64,000 nt of DNA from an uncultured Oscillospiraceae bacterium (GTDB lineage Bacteria > Bacillota > Clostridia > Oscillospirales > Oscillospiraceae), in NCBI GenBank assembly GCA_964583135.1, contig CAZOVE010000001.1:8622-72621 (forward strand), written 5' to 3'. The position numbers were made by a program, and so were the translations under genes. Below the pieces are notes generated by a model. It was not told the origin of the DNA and ran no database searches. It saw only the letters and a list, made by a program, of their open reading frames with translations. Below are positions 1 through 8,952 of the stretch, in pieces. How positions within the stretch are numbered: the first letter of the stretch is position 1; each line of letters opens with the position of its first letter.

Positions 1-388
1 CATGACAGCAGACAGCGATGCCGTCCAAATAATAAGACAGCACCTTTCCCCCTAAAGACCCAACCAAGGCTGCATAATATTCAATCATTTCCTCATCGTC
101 CAGACGCCGGCCCTGTGGGGTGCGAATATGTAGCCCAGGCTGCCGGGGATCATCCGGAGGCAGGCAGTCAAAGAACAGGCCTGAATCATTACAGATGACC
201 CGGTCACAAAATTGGCCGTAAAACGCCGCCTTGATTCGGGCATTTTCCTCCGGTGTCGCCCCCACTTCCTGCGGTTCTTGCGTAATGTTCAGATCCTGCA
301 GGGTGAGAAATTCAATACCACAGTCCGGGAGGAAATCGGCAAACCGCACAACTTTCGCTGGATTTGTCGTGCCGATCAATACTTTCAT
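1..388 (-). CDS. Ham1/RdgB-family non-canonical purine NTP pyrophosphatase (3' end runs off the window)
   Basis: Not in the ORF track. Manual translation from ATG at 388: MKVLIGTTNPAKVVRF...EVGATPEENARIKAAFY...VICNDSGLFFD...PGLHIR, matching Ham1 motifs (TxNxxK, ENAxxKA, DSGL). ATGA overlap with the stop of the upstream gene. Confidence 0.8.
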   Translation of the reverse strand, partial: MKVLIGTTNPAKVVRFADFLPDCGIEFLTLQDLNITQEPQEVGATPEENARIKAAFYGQFCDRVICNDSGLFFDCLPPDDPRQPGLHIRTPQGRRLDDEEMIEYYAALVGSLGGKVLSYYLDGIAVCCH

Positions 389-1113
389 AAATCACCCTCC
401 TCATTTTCACCGATGGTATGGACCTTATTGAAGCAGGCCACCATCTGATCATTGACCTGCAGATCTTCGTGAAAATGGCCAAAATACCACTTTTTGAAGC
501 GCACTTCGTGGTAGACCCAATCCAAGAAGCCTGTCAGCTCTGCGTCCGCCATGTCCGGCATGGTGTGGATCACCCGAGGAATGATGGTTCTTGGAGCGGT
601 ATGTGTCAAAATGTAATCCACCTGCATTTGCCGATCTTTCAAATTGGCGATGGCACGGCGATATTCTTCCGCCGTGGGCAACTCCTCTTCAAACCAGATC
701 TTCTCTCCACAAACGGCATAATACTGCAGTCGAAATGCTTTGTCCGTGCTGTGAGCGCCTCCCATCACAAAGAAGGTTTTTCCCTGAATATCATAGATAT
801 AGCCACGCTGCAGCCAAAAGATATTTTCACGGATCTTACGTACCGGTGCCCCAAAACGCAATTCCTCCCGATAGGTCATGAGATAGGGAAAACCCTCGTG
901 ATTGCCGTCTACAAAAAGAATCTGATATGGTTTCTGCGCCAATGCATCCAGCGTTGCTTTCTCCGGTTCATAGTGGTCTTCTCCCCAAAACACGCCACCA
1001 AAATCGCCGGCGATCAGCAGGACATCTTCTTGCGTCCAAAGGGATTCTCCGGGCATCGCTGCTTCGGTGAACTGACTTTCCTCTCCATGGGTATCTCCAC
1101 GGACATAGATCAT
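385..1113 (-). CDS. calcineurin-like metallophosphoesterase
   Basis: Motifs GDTHG, AGDFG, DGNHE, LTH, GHFH; AGGAGG RBS upstream. Confidence 0.9.
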   Translation of the reverse strand: MIYVRGDTHGEESQFTEAAMPGESLWTQEDVLLIAGDFGGVFWGEDHYEPEKATLDALAQKPYQILFVDGNHEGFPYLMTYREELRFGAPVRKIRENIFWLQRGYIYDIQGKTFFVMGGAHSTDKAFRLQYYAVCGEKIWFEEELPTAEEYRRAIANLKDRQMQVDYILTHTAPRTIIPRVIHTMPDMADAELTGFLDWVYHEVRFKKWYFGHFHEDLQVNDQMVACFNKVHTIGENEEGDL

Positions 1114-1148
1114 GATACTCCTCCTGTTGCGTGATTTTTGTATGGAGC

Positions 1149-1177
1149 ATTATAAGCCCTCGACAAGCAGTTGTCAA
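1149..1177 (-). promoter_or_regulatory. sigma-A promoter for the phosphoesterase/Ham1 pair
   Basis: Minus strand TTGACA-17 nt-TATAAT, perfect consensus. Confidence 0.8.
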
Positions 1178-1185
1178 GAACGCCG

Positions 1186-1222
1186 GAAACAAGAAGCGCC
1201 GGAGCGAAAGAACACTCCGGCG
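1186..1222 (-). terminator. probable intrinsic terminator after the isomerase gene
   Basis: Stem CGCCGGAG/CTCCGGCG followed on the minus strand by CTTCTTGTTT. Confidence 0.55.
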
Positions 1223-1231
1223 GCGTATCGT

Positions 1232-1918
1232 TTATTTTGCTGCAGGGTACTCGTTACACAGTAGGCGGTAAGGCGGCTCGTCCTCCTCGATGGTGGGGAA
1301 ACGGCCAACAGGCGGGTTGAAGCGGTTATCAGTATTATCATCGTTACACTGACTCACTTCACCCAACAAAACGGGACCGCTGCCTTCCTCCACGGCAAAA
1401 TCATGGTACATGTACTGCTGAATGTGGATGCTCTCACCGGGCGTCAGGCGAATCTGCGTACCAGCCGGCACGGTGTAGGTACGGCCGTCGGTATGCACCG
1501 TTACATCGGACTCGTAATCGATGGATTCATCCGGATGGCTGTTATACACCCGAATCAGCACATTGCCGCCACCGCGATTGATGATGTCCTCAGTCTTGTA
1601 CCAATGGAAGTGATTACAAGCAGTCTGCCCTTCCTTCAGATACAGCAACTTCTCTGCGTAGACCTTGGGGTACTGCTCCGCCATAGCTCGGTTGCCGTTG
1701 CGGATCGTGATCAAAGAAAAACCGATATGATCAAAATCACCCATACCAAAATCGGTAATATCCCAACCCAGCATACAGTCGCGGACTTCATCATACTCAT
1801 GGCCAATATCTTGCCACTGCTCCGGCGTAAAATGGCAGAAAGGCGGCAGATAGCAGTGATACTTTTCGCACATTGCTTCCAGTTCTTTCAGGGCCTTGTT
1901 AATTTCGGATCGCTTCAT
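1232..1918 (-). CDS. D-lyxose/D-mannose family sugar isomerase (cupin)
   Basis: MKRSEIN start after AAGGAGG; LGWDITDFG, YAEKLL, HFHWYKTEDIINRGGG, GEVSQCNDDNTDNRF are typical of this family. Confidence 0.9.
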   Translation of the reverse strand: MKRSEINKALKELEAMCEKYHCYLPPFCHFTPEQWQDIGHEYDEVRDCMLGWDITDFGMGDFDHIGFSLITIRNGNRAMAEQYPKVYAEKLLYLKEGQTACNHFHWYKTEDIINRGGGNVLIRVYNSHPDESIDYESDVTVHTDGRTYTVPAGTQIRLTPGESIHIQQYMYHDFAVEEGSGPVLLGEVSQCNDDNTDNRFNPPVGRFPTIEEDEPPYRLLCNEYPAAK

Positions 1919-1948
1919 TTCAATTGCCTCCTTCATAAGAGAAAAAGT

Positions 1949-3160
1949 TTATACTACGGGTTTCATGCTTTCGTGCTTTTGCTTATCCGCGTCGATGACA
2001 AGTTGCATCAGGCTACAGCCATCCAAAATCATGGCGTAGTAGTGCAGAATCAATTGTGCCAGCGGATGATTTTCCTCCAGATGCGCAATATTTTTCAGCA
2101 CTGTTTTAGCTTCATCCGCAGAAGTGCCTGCGCCACTTTCCTGCAAATAGCGGTGCAGACCTGCAGCAGCGCCCACGGTGATATAGGCAGGGGTGACTCC
2201 CTCGCTCATCGCCAACAGCGACGAGCCGATCAGGCGATCTTCCGGACTGAGCTTTCTGGCGGGATCACCGCCGACACGTTGGCAGGTATCCTTCAACGCT
2301 GCGTTGGTGAAGCGATACAGCAGATCCGTGATGTGTTCCTGCAGATCCGGCATCGGCGCGCCATAATGCTTGCACAGCGCCAACGCACTCTCCTGCATGG
2401 CGTTTTGCACCAACACGCGCACCTCAGGCAGGGCGATAGACTGGTAAATATATTCCAAGCCCAGTAGGTCGCCTAAATAGGCACAGGTAGCATGACCCAT
2501 ATTGTGGATATAGAGCTTGCGCTTGATGTAGAAATCGAAGGGCGCATAGGGCACCATGTTGCGGATCTGCGGTACTTCGCCCCGGAACGCTGCCTTGTCG
2601 GTAGGAAGGAAGCCATAACGCTCGACACAAACACGCATCGGTTCACCGTCTTTCATTTCCTCGGTTTGAACCGGCACCATACGACCGATGGAAGCCTCCA
2701 CCAAACCCACAGTCGCATCAAATTTTTCTCGCTCTGCTTCCGTCAGTTGCTCTTTGAGCATTCCCTCCAGAATTTTGTTGGCATCATTCAAATTCTCACA
2801 GATGATGATATTCAGAGGGCCTTTGCCCAGCTCCCACCGCTTGCGCAGGCCGGCCACAATATTGGGGACAATAAATTTCAAAATTCTTGCGCCGACGGCA
2901 GTAGCCATGATGTCGCAAGTCGCAATAGCATCCACTGCTTCCGGCAAATTGCCGTTGACCGCAGTCACATTTTCCACCCAAATATCCTCATGCCCTTCCG
3001 TCGACACGATGCGGATGGGATATCTTCTCTGCTCCTGCAGGGCCTTGACCACCGGCTCGGCCACATCGATAAAAGTCACCTCGTACCCCGATTGGCTCAG
3101 CAGTGCGCCCACAAAACCACGGCCAATATTACCGCCACCATACATCACCGCTTTTTTCAT
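1949..3160 (-). CDS. mannitol-1-phosphate/mannitol dehydrogenase family (MtlD-like) oxidoreductase
   Basis: GGGNIGRGF Rossmann motif, TAVG, ICEN, RMVP, KRKLYIHNMGH (KxxxxNxxH), RKLSPEDRL. Substrate uncertain. Confidence 0.85.
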   Translation of the reverse strand: MKKAVMYGGGNIGRGFVGALLSQSGYEVTFIDVAEPVVKALQEQRRYPIRIVSTEGHEDIWVENVTAVNGNLPEAVDAIATCDIMATAVGARILKFIVPNIVAGLRKRWELGKGPLNIIICENLNDANKILEGMLKEQLTEAEREKFDATVGLVEASIGRMVPVQTEEMKDGEPMRVCVERYGFLPTDKAAFRGEVPQIRNMVPYAPFDFYIKRKLYIHNMGHATCAYLGDLLGLEYIYQSIALPEVRVLVQNAMQESALALCKHYGAPMPDLQEHITDLLYRFTNAALKDTCQRVGGDPARKLSPEDRLIGSSLLAMSEGVTPAYITVGAAAGLHRYLQESGAGTSADEAKTVLKNIAHLEENHPLAQLILHYYAMILDGCSLMQLVIDADKQKHESMKPVV

Positions 3161-3170
3161 TGTAATCTCC

Positions 3171-4175
3171 TCATTTTCCATAAAGCTCGTACAGTTTCAG
3201 GACTTCCTGCGCCGTCCCCACGCCATCAGATGCACTCACCGTACTCAGGGAGGCCGCTGCGGAGCAAGCGCCCAACTTCAACGCCTCCGGCATGGTCATT
3301 CCCATTTCCGCACCGTACAGAATGCCGGCGCAGAACGCATCGCCAGCGCCTACGGTGCCCCGAATATATCCCTCGGGCAGCTTCAGGCTAGGAACCATGA
3401 AATATTCTCCCCGCTCATCCACACCGCAGCCAACTTCCGGGCAGTGGATAACGGCCCAAGTGGAAACACCCAGTTCTTTCAGCTTTCGCAGCGCTGTTTC
3501 CATATTTTCCAGACACAGCTTTCCGTTCTCATTCCGAAGCATAACACCGGTGGTCTGCTGCGCCTCCAACTCATTGATGACGCAGTAGTCGGCATACTTC
3601 AGCGCCGGTGTCACCAAACGTACGAAGCGGTCACCACTCTCCGATACCACATCGATGGAAGTTTTGATACCCATGCGCTGCACACGGTGCAGTAGTCTTG
3701 CCATTTTTGTGCCGTATTCCTCATCCGCCGCATCCAATGCCGGCAGCAGAAGAATGTATCCAATGTGGAAGATGTCCACATCCAGATTGTCCCAGTCGAT
3801 GTGGGCTTCGCCATAGTAGGCATTGGCGCCAGCGTGTTGGAAGAATGTCCGTTCTTTTGTGCGGTTGTTGCTCATCACTGCCGTGAAGGAAGTTCTGCCA
3901 TCACGGCAGACCATGCTCAGATCAATATTGGGATACTTACCCATTTCCTGCAGGATAAAGTCGCCCTCTGCATCATGTCCGGCAAAGCCGGAGGCAACCA
4001 AACGAAGCTGAGGGTCCAGTCGGGCAAGGTCGGTAATGGTATTGCATACACTACCACCAGTGGAACTGGTGATCCCTTCCGTAATGTGGGTCAGCTCATT
4101 TTGTCTGGGCCAAGTTTCGATGGGGTAAGTAATGTCCACGATCATATTGCCTGCACAGCAGATTCCTTTTTTCAT
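3171..4175 (-). CDS. PfkB/ribokinase-family carbohydrate kinase
   Basis: TGGSVCN, NELEA and the C-terminal TVGAGDAFCAG signature. Confidence 0.9.
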   Translation of the reverse strand: MKKGICCAGNMIVDITYPIETWPRQNELTHITEGITSSTGGSVCNTITDLARLDPQLRLVASGFAGHDAEGDFILQEMGKYPNIDLSMVCRDGRTSFTAVMSNNRTKERTFFQHAGANAYYGEAHIDWDNLDVDIFHIGYILLLPALDAADEEYGTKMARLLHRVQRMGIKTSIDVVSESGDRFVRLVTPALKYADYCVINELEAQQTTGVMLRNENGKLCLENMETALRKLKELGVSTWAVIHCPEVGCGVDERGEYFMVPSLKLPEGYIRGTVGAGDAFCAGILYGAEMGMTMPEALKLGACSAAASLSTVSASDGVGTAQEVLKLYELYGK

Positions 4176-4226
4176 AGGTGATTCCTCATTTCTTCATGGC
4201 ATACACTACCAGATTCTTTCGGTAGA

Positions 4227-4255
4227 ATTATACTAAATTGACTTTCCTTTGTCAA
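4227..4255 (-). promoter_or_regulatory. sigma-A promoter for pfkB-mtlD-isomerase
   Basis: Minus strand TTGACA-17 nt-TATAAT; the -35 lies within an inverted repeat ATTGAC-N8-GTCAAT. Confidence 0.8.
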
Positions 4256-4408
4256 TGGATAGACGTAAAAACCAGAAACCGGATCGAACCATTTTGGGGG
4301 CGATCATTCAGAAAAATTACTCCCGGAACAGCCCGTACGTCTCGAATCATTCCACATGACCTTGTTTCCACCATGATACCGGTAATAATTCCCCGGAAGC
4401 GTATAATA

Positions 4409-4440
4409 CTCCGGCTGTGTACGATGGTACACAACCGGAG
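4409..4440 (-). terminator. hairpin downstream of xylB (probable terminator)
   Basis: CTCCGGCTGTGTAC-GATG-GTACACAACCGGAG stem-loop just after the xylB stop; weak U-tract. Confidence 0.55.
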
Positions 4441-4457
4441 CTGTTGTTTGTATGAAT

Positions 4458-5939
4458 TTAGGAAAGCTGAGCAAACAACTCTCTGCAAGCCGGATAAATT
4501 TTGCGGAATTGTTGATACTTTTCTTCATACTTGGCCACCAATTCCGACTCCGGGCAGATGGTATCCGCTACTTGTGCCAGTTGTCGACACGCGGTCTGGA
4601 CATCCGGGTATGCGCCGCAAGCTACCATCGCCAGTATAGCACCGCCCATGCCGGGTCCTTGCTCCGACACCGAGAGCTGCAGTTCGACATTCAAAACATT
4701 GGCAAAAATCCGCTTCCACAGACGGGATTTTGCACCACCGCCACAAATTCTCGAGCTACGGATTTCAATTCCGAGATTTCGGGCCAATTCCACACTATCC
4801 CGAATGGCAAACGCTACACCCTCCAATACCGCTTGCAGCAAATCTGCCCGGCTGGTATCCATGGTCATACCAATAAAAGTCCCACGGGCATTGGTATCAT
4901 TGATAGGACTGCGCTCTCCCATTAGATACGGCAGGAAAAATACATGATTTTCGCCCAGCATTGCATCGGTGATAGCCGACTGCTCCGTGGCGTAATCTGT
5001 GGTCTGGAAAATCTCCTCCATCAGCCACTTATTGCAGCTTGCTGCCGAAAGCATACAGCCCATCAAGTGCCAGCCACCGTCGGCATGAGCGAAGGCATGC
5101 AGACCATTGCTGTCATCTACGCCGAATTTCTCCGAGGAAATAAACACCGTGCCGGAAGTGCCCACGGAAATATTGCAGCCGCCTTCACCCACCACACCGG
5201 TTCCAACTGCTGCCGCTGCATTATCGCCGGCGCCGGCACAAACCTTCACCTCCGGAACAATGCCCAGCGCCACGGCCATTTCCGGTCGGACGGTACCGAT
5301 ACAATCGTAGCTTTCAAAGAGTTTTGGCATCTGCGCTTCGGTCACACCGCAAATTTGCAACATCTCCCGACTCCAACACTTGTGCTGCACATCCAACAGT
5401 AGCATACCGGAAGCATCGGAATAATCGCAGGCATGAACACCGGTCAGAAGATAATTGATGTAGTCCTTCGGCAACATGATCTTTGCGATCGCCGCAAAAT
5501 TTTCCGGCTCGTTTTCCTTCATCCACAGCAGCTTGGGTGCAGTAAATCCGGCAAAGGCAATGTTTGCCGTCAACATCGACAGTCTTTCCTTACCGATGAC
5601 CTCATTGAGATAATCCACCTGTTTCGCCGTACGACCATCATTCCACAAAATGGCCGGACGGATCACATTGTCGTTAGCATCTAGCACCACCAAGCCGTGC
5701 ATCTGTCCACCACAGCCGATGCCGACCACGGCTGCCGCATCAAAGCCCCGCAGCAATTCTGGTACACCCTCACACAGTGCCTGCTTCCAGTCCTGCGGTC
5801 GTTGCTGACTCCATCCCGGCTGGGGGAACTCCAAAGGATATTCCTTGGTGACCGTATTGTGGATCGTTCCCTGCGCATCCATTAGCAGCAACTTCATCGC
5901 TGAAGTACCCAGATCGATGCCAATATACAATTGCTTCAT
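4458..5939 (-). CDS. xylB: xylulokinase (FGGY family)
   Basis: IGIDLGTS, GQMHGLV, RPAILWNDGR, GFTAPKLLW, PYLMGERSP, AVLEGV, GGGAKS. Confidence 0.9.
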   Translation of the reverse strand: MKQLYIGIDLGTSAMKLLLMDAQGTIHNTVTKEYPLEFPQPGWSQQRPQDWKQALCEGVPELLRGFDAAAVVGIGCGGQMHGLVVLDANDNVIRPAILWNDGRTAKQVDYLNEVIGKERLSMLTANIAFAGFTAPKLLWMKENEPENFAAIAKIMLPKDYINYLLTGVHACDYSDASGMLLLDVQHKCWSREMLQICGVTEAQMPKLFESYDCIGTVRPEMAVALGIVPEVKVCAGAGDNAAAAVGTGVVGEGGCNISVGTSGTVFISSEKFGVDDSNGLHAFAHADGGWHLMGCMLSAASCNKWLMEEIFQTTDYATEQSAITDAMLGENHVFFLPYLMGERSPINDTNARGTFIGMTMDTSRADLLQAVLEGVAFAIRDSVELARNLGIEIRSSRICGGGAKSRLWKRIFANVLNVELQLSVSEQGPGMGGAILAMVACGAYPDVQTACRQLAQVADTICPESELVAKYEEKYQQFRKIYPACRELFAQLS

Positions 5940-5973
5940 TTTGTGTCGCCCTCCATTCCGATTTTGAGTTGTT

Positions 5974-5988
5974 TGTTATCGTTATCAT
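5974..5988. promoter_or_regulatory. LacI-family operator (copy 1)
   Basis: Minus strand ATGATAACGATAACA, identical to 6185-6199; overlaps the end of the xylB -10 box; CG-centred pseudo-palindrome. Confidence 0.75.
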
Positions 5989-6015
5989 CATAGCAAATTC
6001 CCCTACTTTTGTCAA
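5987..6015 (-). promoter_or_regulatory. sigma-A promoter for xylB
   Basis: Minus strand TTGACA-17 nt-TATGAT. Confidence 0.75.
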
Positions 6016-6154
6016 TATTCTCTGTGGTACGGCAATCTTCTTTGCACTCGTTCCTTTTGAGAAAATGTTACGCATTTCATTGCAAAACAAAACACGCACA
6101 GAAAAATGTACATTTTGCACAAAGGAAACCCGGTAGATATGACAGGAATACACG

Positions 6155-6183
6155 TTGACAAACGCAGGGTTTTCGTATAAAAT
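6155..6183 (+). promoter_or_regulatory. sigma-A promoter for the GH38/GH-J/lacI operon
   Basis: TTGACA-17 nt-TAAAAT. Confidence 0.75.
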
Positions 6184-6184
6184 T

Positions 6185-6199
6185 ATGATAACGATAACA
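6185..6199. promoter_or_regulatory. LacI-family operator (copy 2)
   Basis: ATGATAACGATAACA between the -10 box and the GGAGG RBS. Confidence 0.75.
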
Positions 6200-6214
6200 T
6201 CGGAGGTGTCTGCT

Positions 6215-8947
6215 ATGACCATGTACGAGATCCTGCAGCAGTTAAAAAATCGACAGGATTATCACGACCAACGACTCTTTGCAGAGATTTCTTTTGCAAA
6301 TGCCTTTGAAGAAGCATACCACTGCGGCTATGCCGACCAAATCCTGCAGCAGGCTACCTTGGCATTGGCGCAGGCTCATGCCGATGCCGCATCTGTTGCC
6401 GCCATGGAATCCGCTCTAGCCGGTCTTGGCGAAAGGATCAAGAAAATGACGGTATTGGCCGTATCCCACGCCCACATCGACATGAACTGGATGTGGCGCT
6501 ATGACGAAACCGTAGCCGTCACCTTGTCTACCTTCCGCACCATTTTGGACCTGATGCAAGAATATCCTGAGTTCACCTTTTCCCAGTCTCAGGCATCCGT
6601 TTACCGCATTGTTGAAAAATATGATCCGGATATGCTGGATGAGATCCGCCAACGCGTTGCTCAAGGTCGTTGGGAATTGGCCGTCAGCTCTTGGGTGGAA
6701 ACCGATAAGAACATGCCCTCCGGCGAGAATCTGTGCCGTCACATCCTCTATGCCAAAGCCTACATGAACGAGTTGTTTGGCGTCAATTGTGATGACTTAA
6801 ATTTGGATTTTGAGCCGGATACCTTCGGTCACAATGCCAATGTGCCTCAAATTCTCAACGCTGGCGGCGTACAGTATTATTACCACTGCCGTGGCTACGA
6901 GGGGCATCACATTTACCGTTGGCAAAGCGGTGACAGTGAACTGCTTGTTTACCGGGAGCCGGTATGGTACAACTGCGAGATCACCCCGGATGACTTTGTA
7001 TATATGCCCCGATTTGCAAAAGACAACGGAATCTGCACATTGCTGAAAGTCTATGGCGTGGGTAATCACGGCGGTGGACCTACTCGCCGTGATCTCGGTC
7101 GTCTGGTGGATATGATGTCCTGGCCGCTGCTGCCCACCATCCGCTTTGGTACATACCGCGAATTCTATGGATATCTGGAGTCCCTGCGCCCGACACTGCC
7201 CATCGTCACCGGTGAACTCAACTGCTTTGCCACCGGCTGCTACACTACCCAAACCCGTATCAAGCGGTTCAATAAAATGTGCGAGCGTCAACTCTACGAG
7301 TCCGAAGTCTTTGATACATTACAGCATATGCAGGGTATTCCCCGTCGGGAAGGCGCTTCGTTCCGGGAAGGTTGGGAACACGTGCTTTTCAACACCTTCC
7401 ATGACATTCTCCCCGGCTCCGGCATCATCGACACCCGGGAACACGCATTGGGGCGATATCAGGAAGCCCTAAGCATCACTACTGCCCGCAAAAGCAAGGC
7501 GCTTTCCGGTCTGGCCGCCCTGATCGATACCTCTGCTTACCAATTCCCCACCGACTCCGATAGCACCAGCGCCGGTGCCGGTGTGGGTTTCTGCCATAGT
7601 GCCGGCGTTTTCTCCTCTGCCGACCGCAATAACAACGGGAAAAGCCGCATCTATCACCTGTTTAACAGCACCGGCGTTTCCTGTCGTACACCTTCTGTCA
7701 TCACGGTCTGGGATTATCCAGGTGATTTGATGGATGTGGATGTCACTATCAGCGGTCAGAACATCTCACATCAATTGCTGGATTCGCATCGGCAGTTCTA
7801 CTGGGGGCATACATATCAGCGCATTGCTGTAGATGCAGTTGTGCCTGCCTTCGGCTATACCACCGTAGTCATTCGTCCAAAAACGGAGGGTCATATCCCC
7901 TATCCCTTCCCCGATTACCCCCGGTTGGACCAAGAAGACGAATTTGTGCTGGAAAACGAACTTCTTCGGGTTGAGCTCAACTCTACCGACTGCACGATCC
8001 GCCGTATGACAGACAAGCGAACCGGACAAGATCTGTTGCAGGGCAGAGGTGCCTGCTTCCGGCTCATCACCGAAGACGCCTCCAAGGAAATGACAGCTTG
8101 GATCGTTGGGCGCTATGCCGCTGTAGAAGACCTGCACCAAAATGTCATCATCCGTCCCTATGAGTATGTTCGGGGCGAATTGATTCAAAGCCTCACTTAC
8201 AAGATCGACTTCCACAACTCCCATCTGAAGGTAACCATCCGGCTAGAGAAGAATGCACCCATGGTTTCCTTCCAGTGCAGTTGTGATTTTGGAGAAAAGC
8301 CTGTGCCCCACGAGACTGTCCCTCAGCTTTCCGTTTCGATCCCCTGCAATGTTGCCGATGGTACGTACCTGAGTGATATTCCTTTCGGGCATCTGGAGCG
8401 TTCGGTACGAGATATGGATATGCCCAGTCTCAACGGTGTGCTGGTGAATACAGGCAGTAACAATCTGTTTGTCATCAGCAACAGCAAATACGGTTTCCGT
8501 ACCACGCAGGAAGGCGTTTCCATCGACCTGATCCGTGGTAGCTACGAACCGGATCCACTACCGGATTTCGGTATCAGCGAATTTGATTTTGCCATCGGCA
8601 TCGCAGAAACCGTCGAAGAATGGGATCAGATCATTGCCTCCTATCGCCACCCCTGTAGCGAAGTTCCTCTGCAGCATGGCAACGGTACGCTTCCCGAAAC
8701 CGGCAGTTTCCTGCAGATCTGCGGCGGAACGTTGTCAGCCTTGAAGCTGTCCGAGGACAAAAAAGCCTACATTCTGCGGCTAAGTTGTTGCCGAAGGGGC
8801 ACATCCATTACTTTCCCCTTCACGATTTCCACTGCAGCCCTGTGCGACCTGACAGAGCAACATTGCACTCCCATCCCCCACAGTAATCATCAGATCACCC
8901 TCGATCATGCCCATGGCGTGGTCACACTTCGTGTCGAAAAGGAGTAA
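6215..8947 (+). CDS. GH38 alpha-mannosidase (cytoplasmic)
   Basis: SHAHIDMNWMW metal site, PDTFGH nucleophile motif, YGVGNHGGGP, GCYTTQ, FHDILPGS, SNSKYGF. Start set at the ATG after GGAGG. Confidence 0.92.
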   Translation: MTMYEILQQLKNRQDYHDQRLFAEISFANAFEEAYHCGYADQILQQATLALAQAHADAASVAAMESALAGLGERIKKMTVLAVSHAHIDMNWMWRYDETVAVTLSTFRTILDLMQEYPEFTFSQSQASVYRIVEKYDPDMLDEIRQRVAQGRWELAVSSWVETDKNMPSGENLCRHILYAKAYMNELFGVNCDDLNLDFEPDTFGHNANVPQILNAGGVQYYYHCRGYEGHHIYRWQSGDSELLVYREPVWYNCEITPDDFVYMPRFAKDNGICTLLKVYGVGNHGGGPTRRDLGRLVDMMSWPLLPTIRFGTYREFYGYLESLRPTLPIVTGELNCFATGCYTTQTRIKRFNKMCERQLYESEVFDTLQHMQGIPRREGASFREGWEHVLFNTFHDILPGSGIIDTREHALGRYQEALSITTARKSKALSGLAALIDTSAYQFPTDSDSTSAGAGVGFCHSAGVFSSADRNNNGKSRIYHLFNSTGVSCRTPSVITVWDYPGDLMDVDVTISGQNISHQLLDSHRQFYWGHTYQRIAVDAVVPAFGYTTVVIRPKTEGHIPYPFPDYPRLDQEDEFVLENELLRVELNSTDCTIRRMTDKRTGQDLLQGRGACFRLITEDASKEMTAWIVGRYAAVEDLHQNVIIRPYEYVRGELIQSLTYKIDFHNSHLKVTIRLEKNAPMVSFQCSCDFGEKPVPHETVPQLSVSIPCNVADGTYLSDIPFGHLERSVRDMDMPSLNGVLVNTGSNNLFVISNSKYGFRTTQEGVSIDLIRGSYEPDPLPDFGISEFDFAIGIAETVEEWDQIIASYRHPCSEVPLQHGNGTLPETGSFLQICGGTLSALKLSEDKKAYILRLSCCRRGTSITFPFTISTAALCDLTEQHCTPIPHSNHQITLDHAHGVVTLRVEKE

Positions 8948-8952
8948 TCCCT

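Noticed and set aside
1..1113. Phosphoesterase plus Ham1-like pair as a defence system
   Set aside because: Consistent with ordinary nucleotide housekeeping; no defence-associated neighbours visible and the second gene is truncated by the window.
4238..4528. Short ORFs between pfkB and xylB
   Set aside because: They overlap xylB, its hairpin and the pfkB promoter; no convincing RBS or motif.
6155..6214. Longer ORF-track starts (also 16968, 23222, 37936, 41593, 43688, 54656)
   Set aside because: The extensions overlap promoters or neighbouring genes; downstream starts have better RBS or signal-peptide context.
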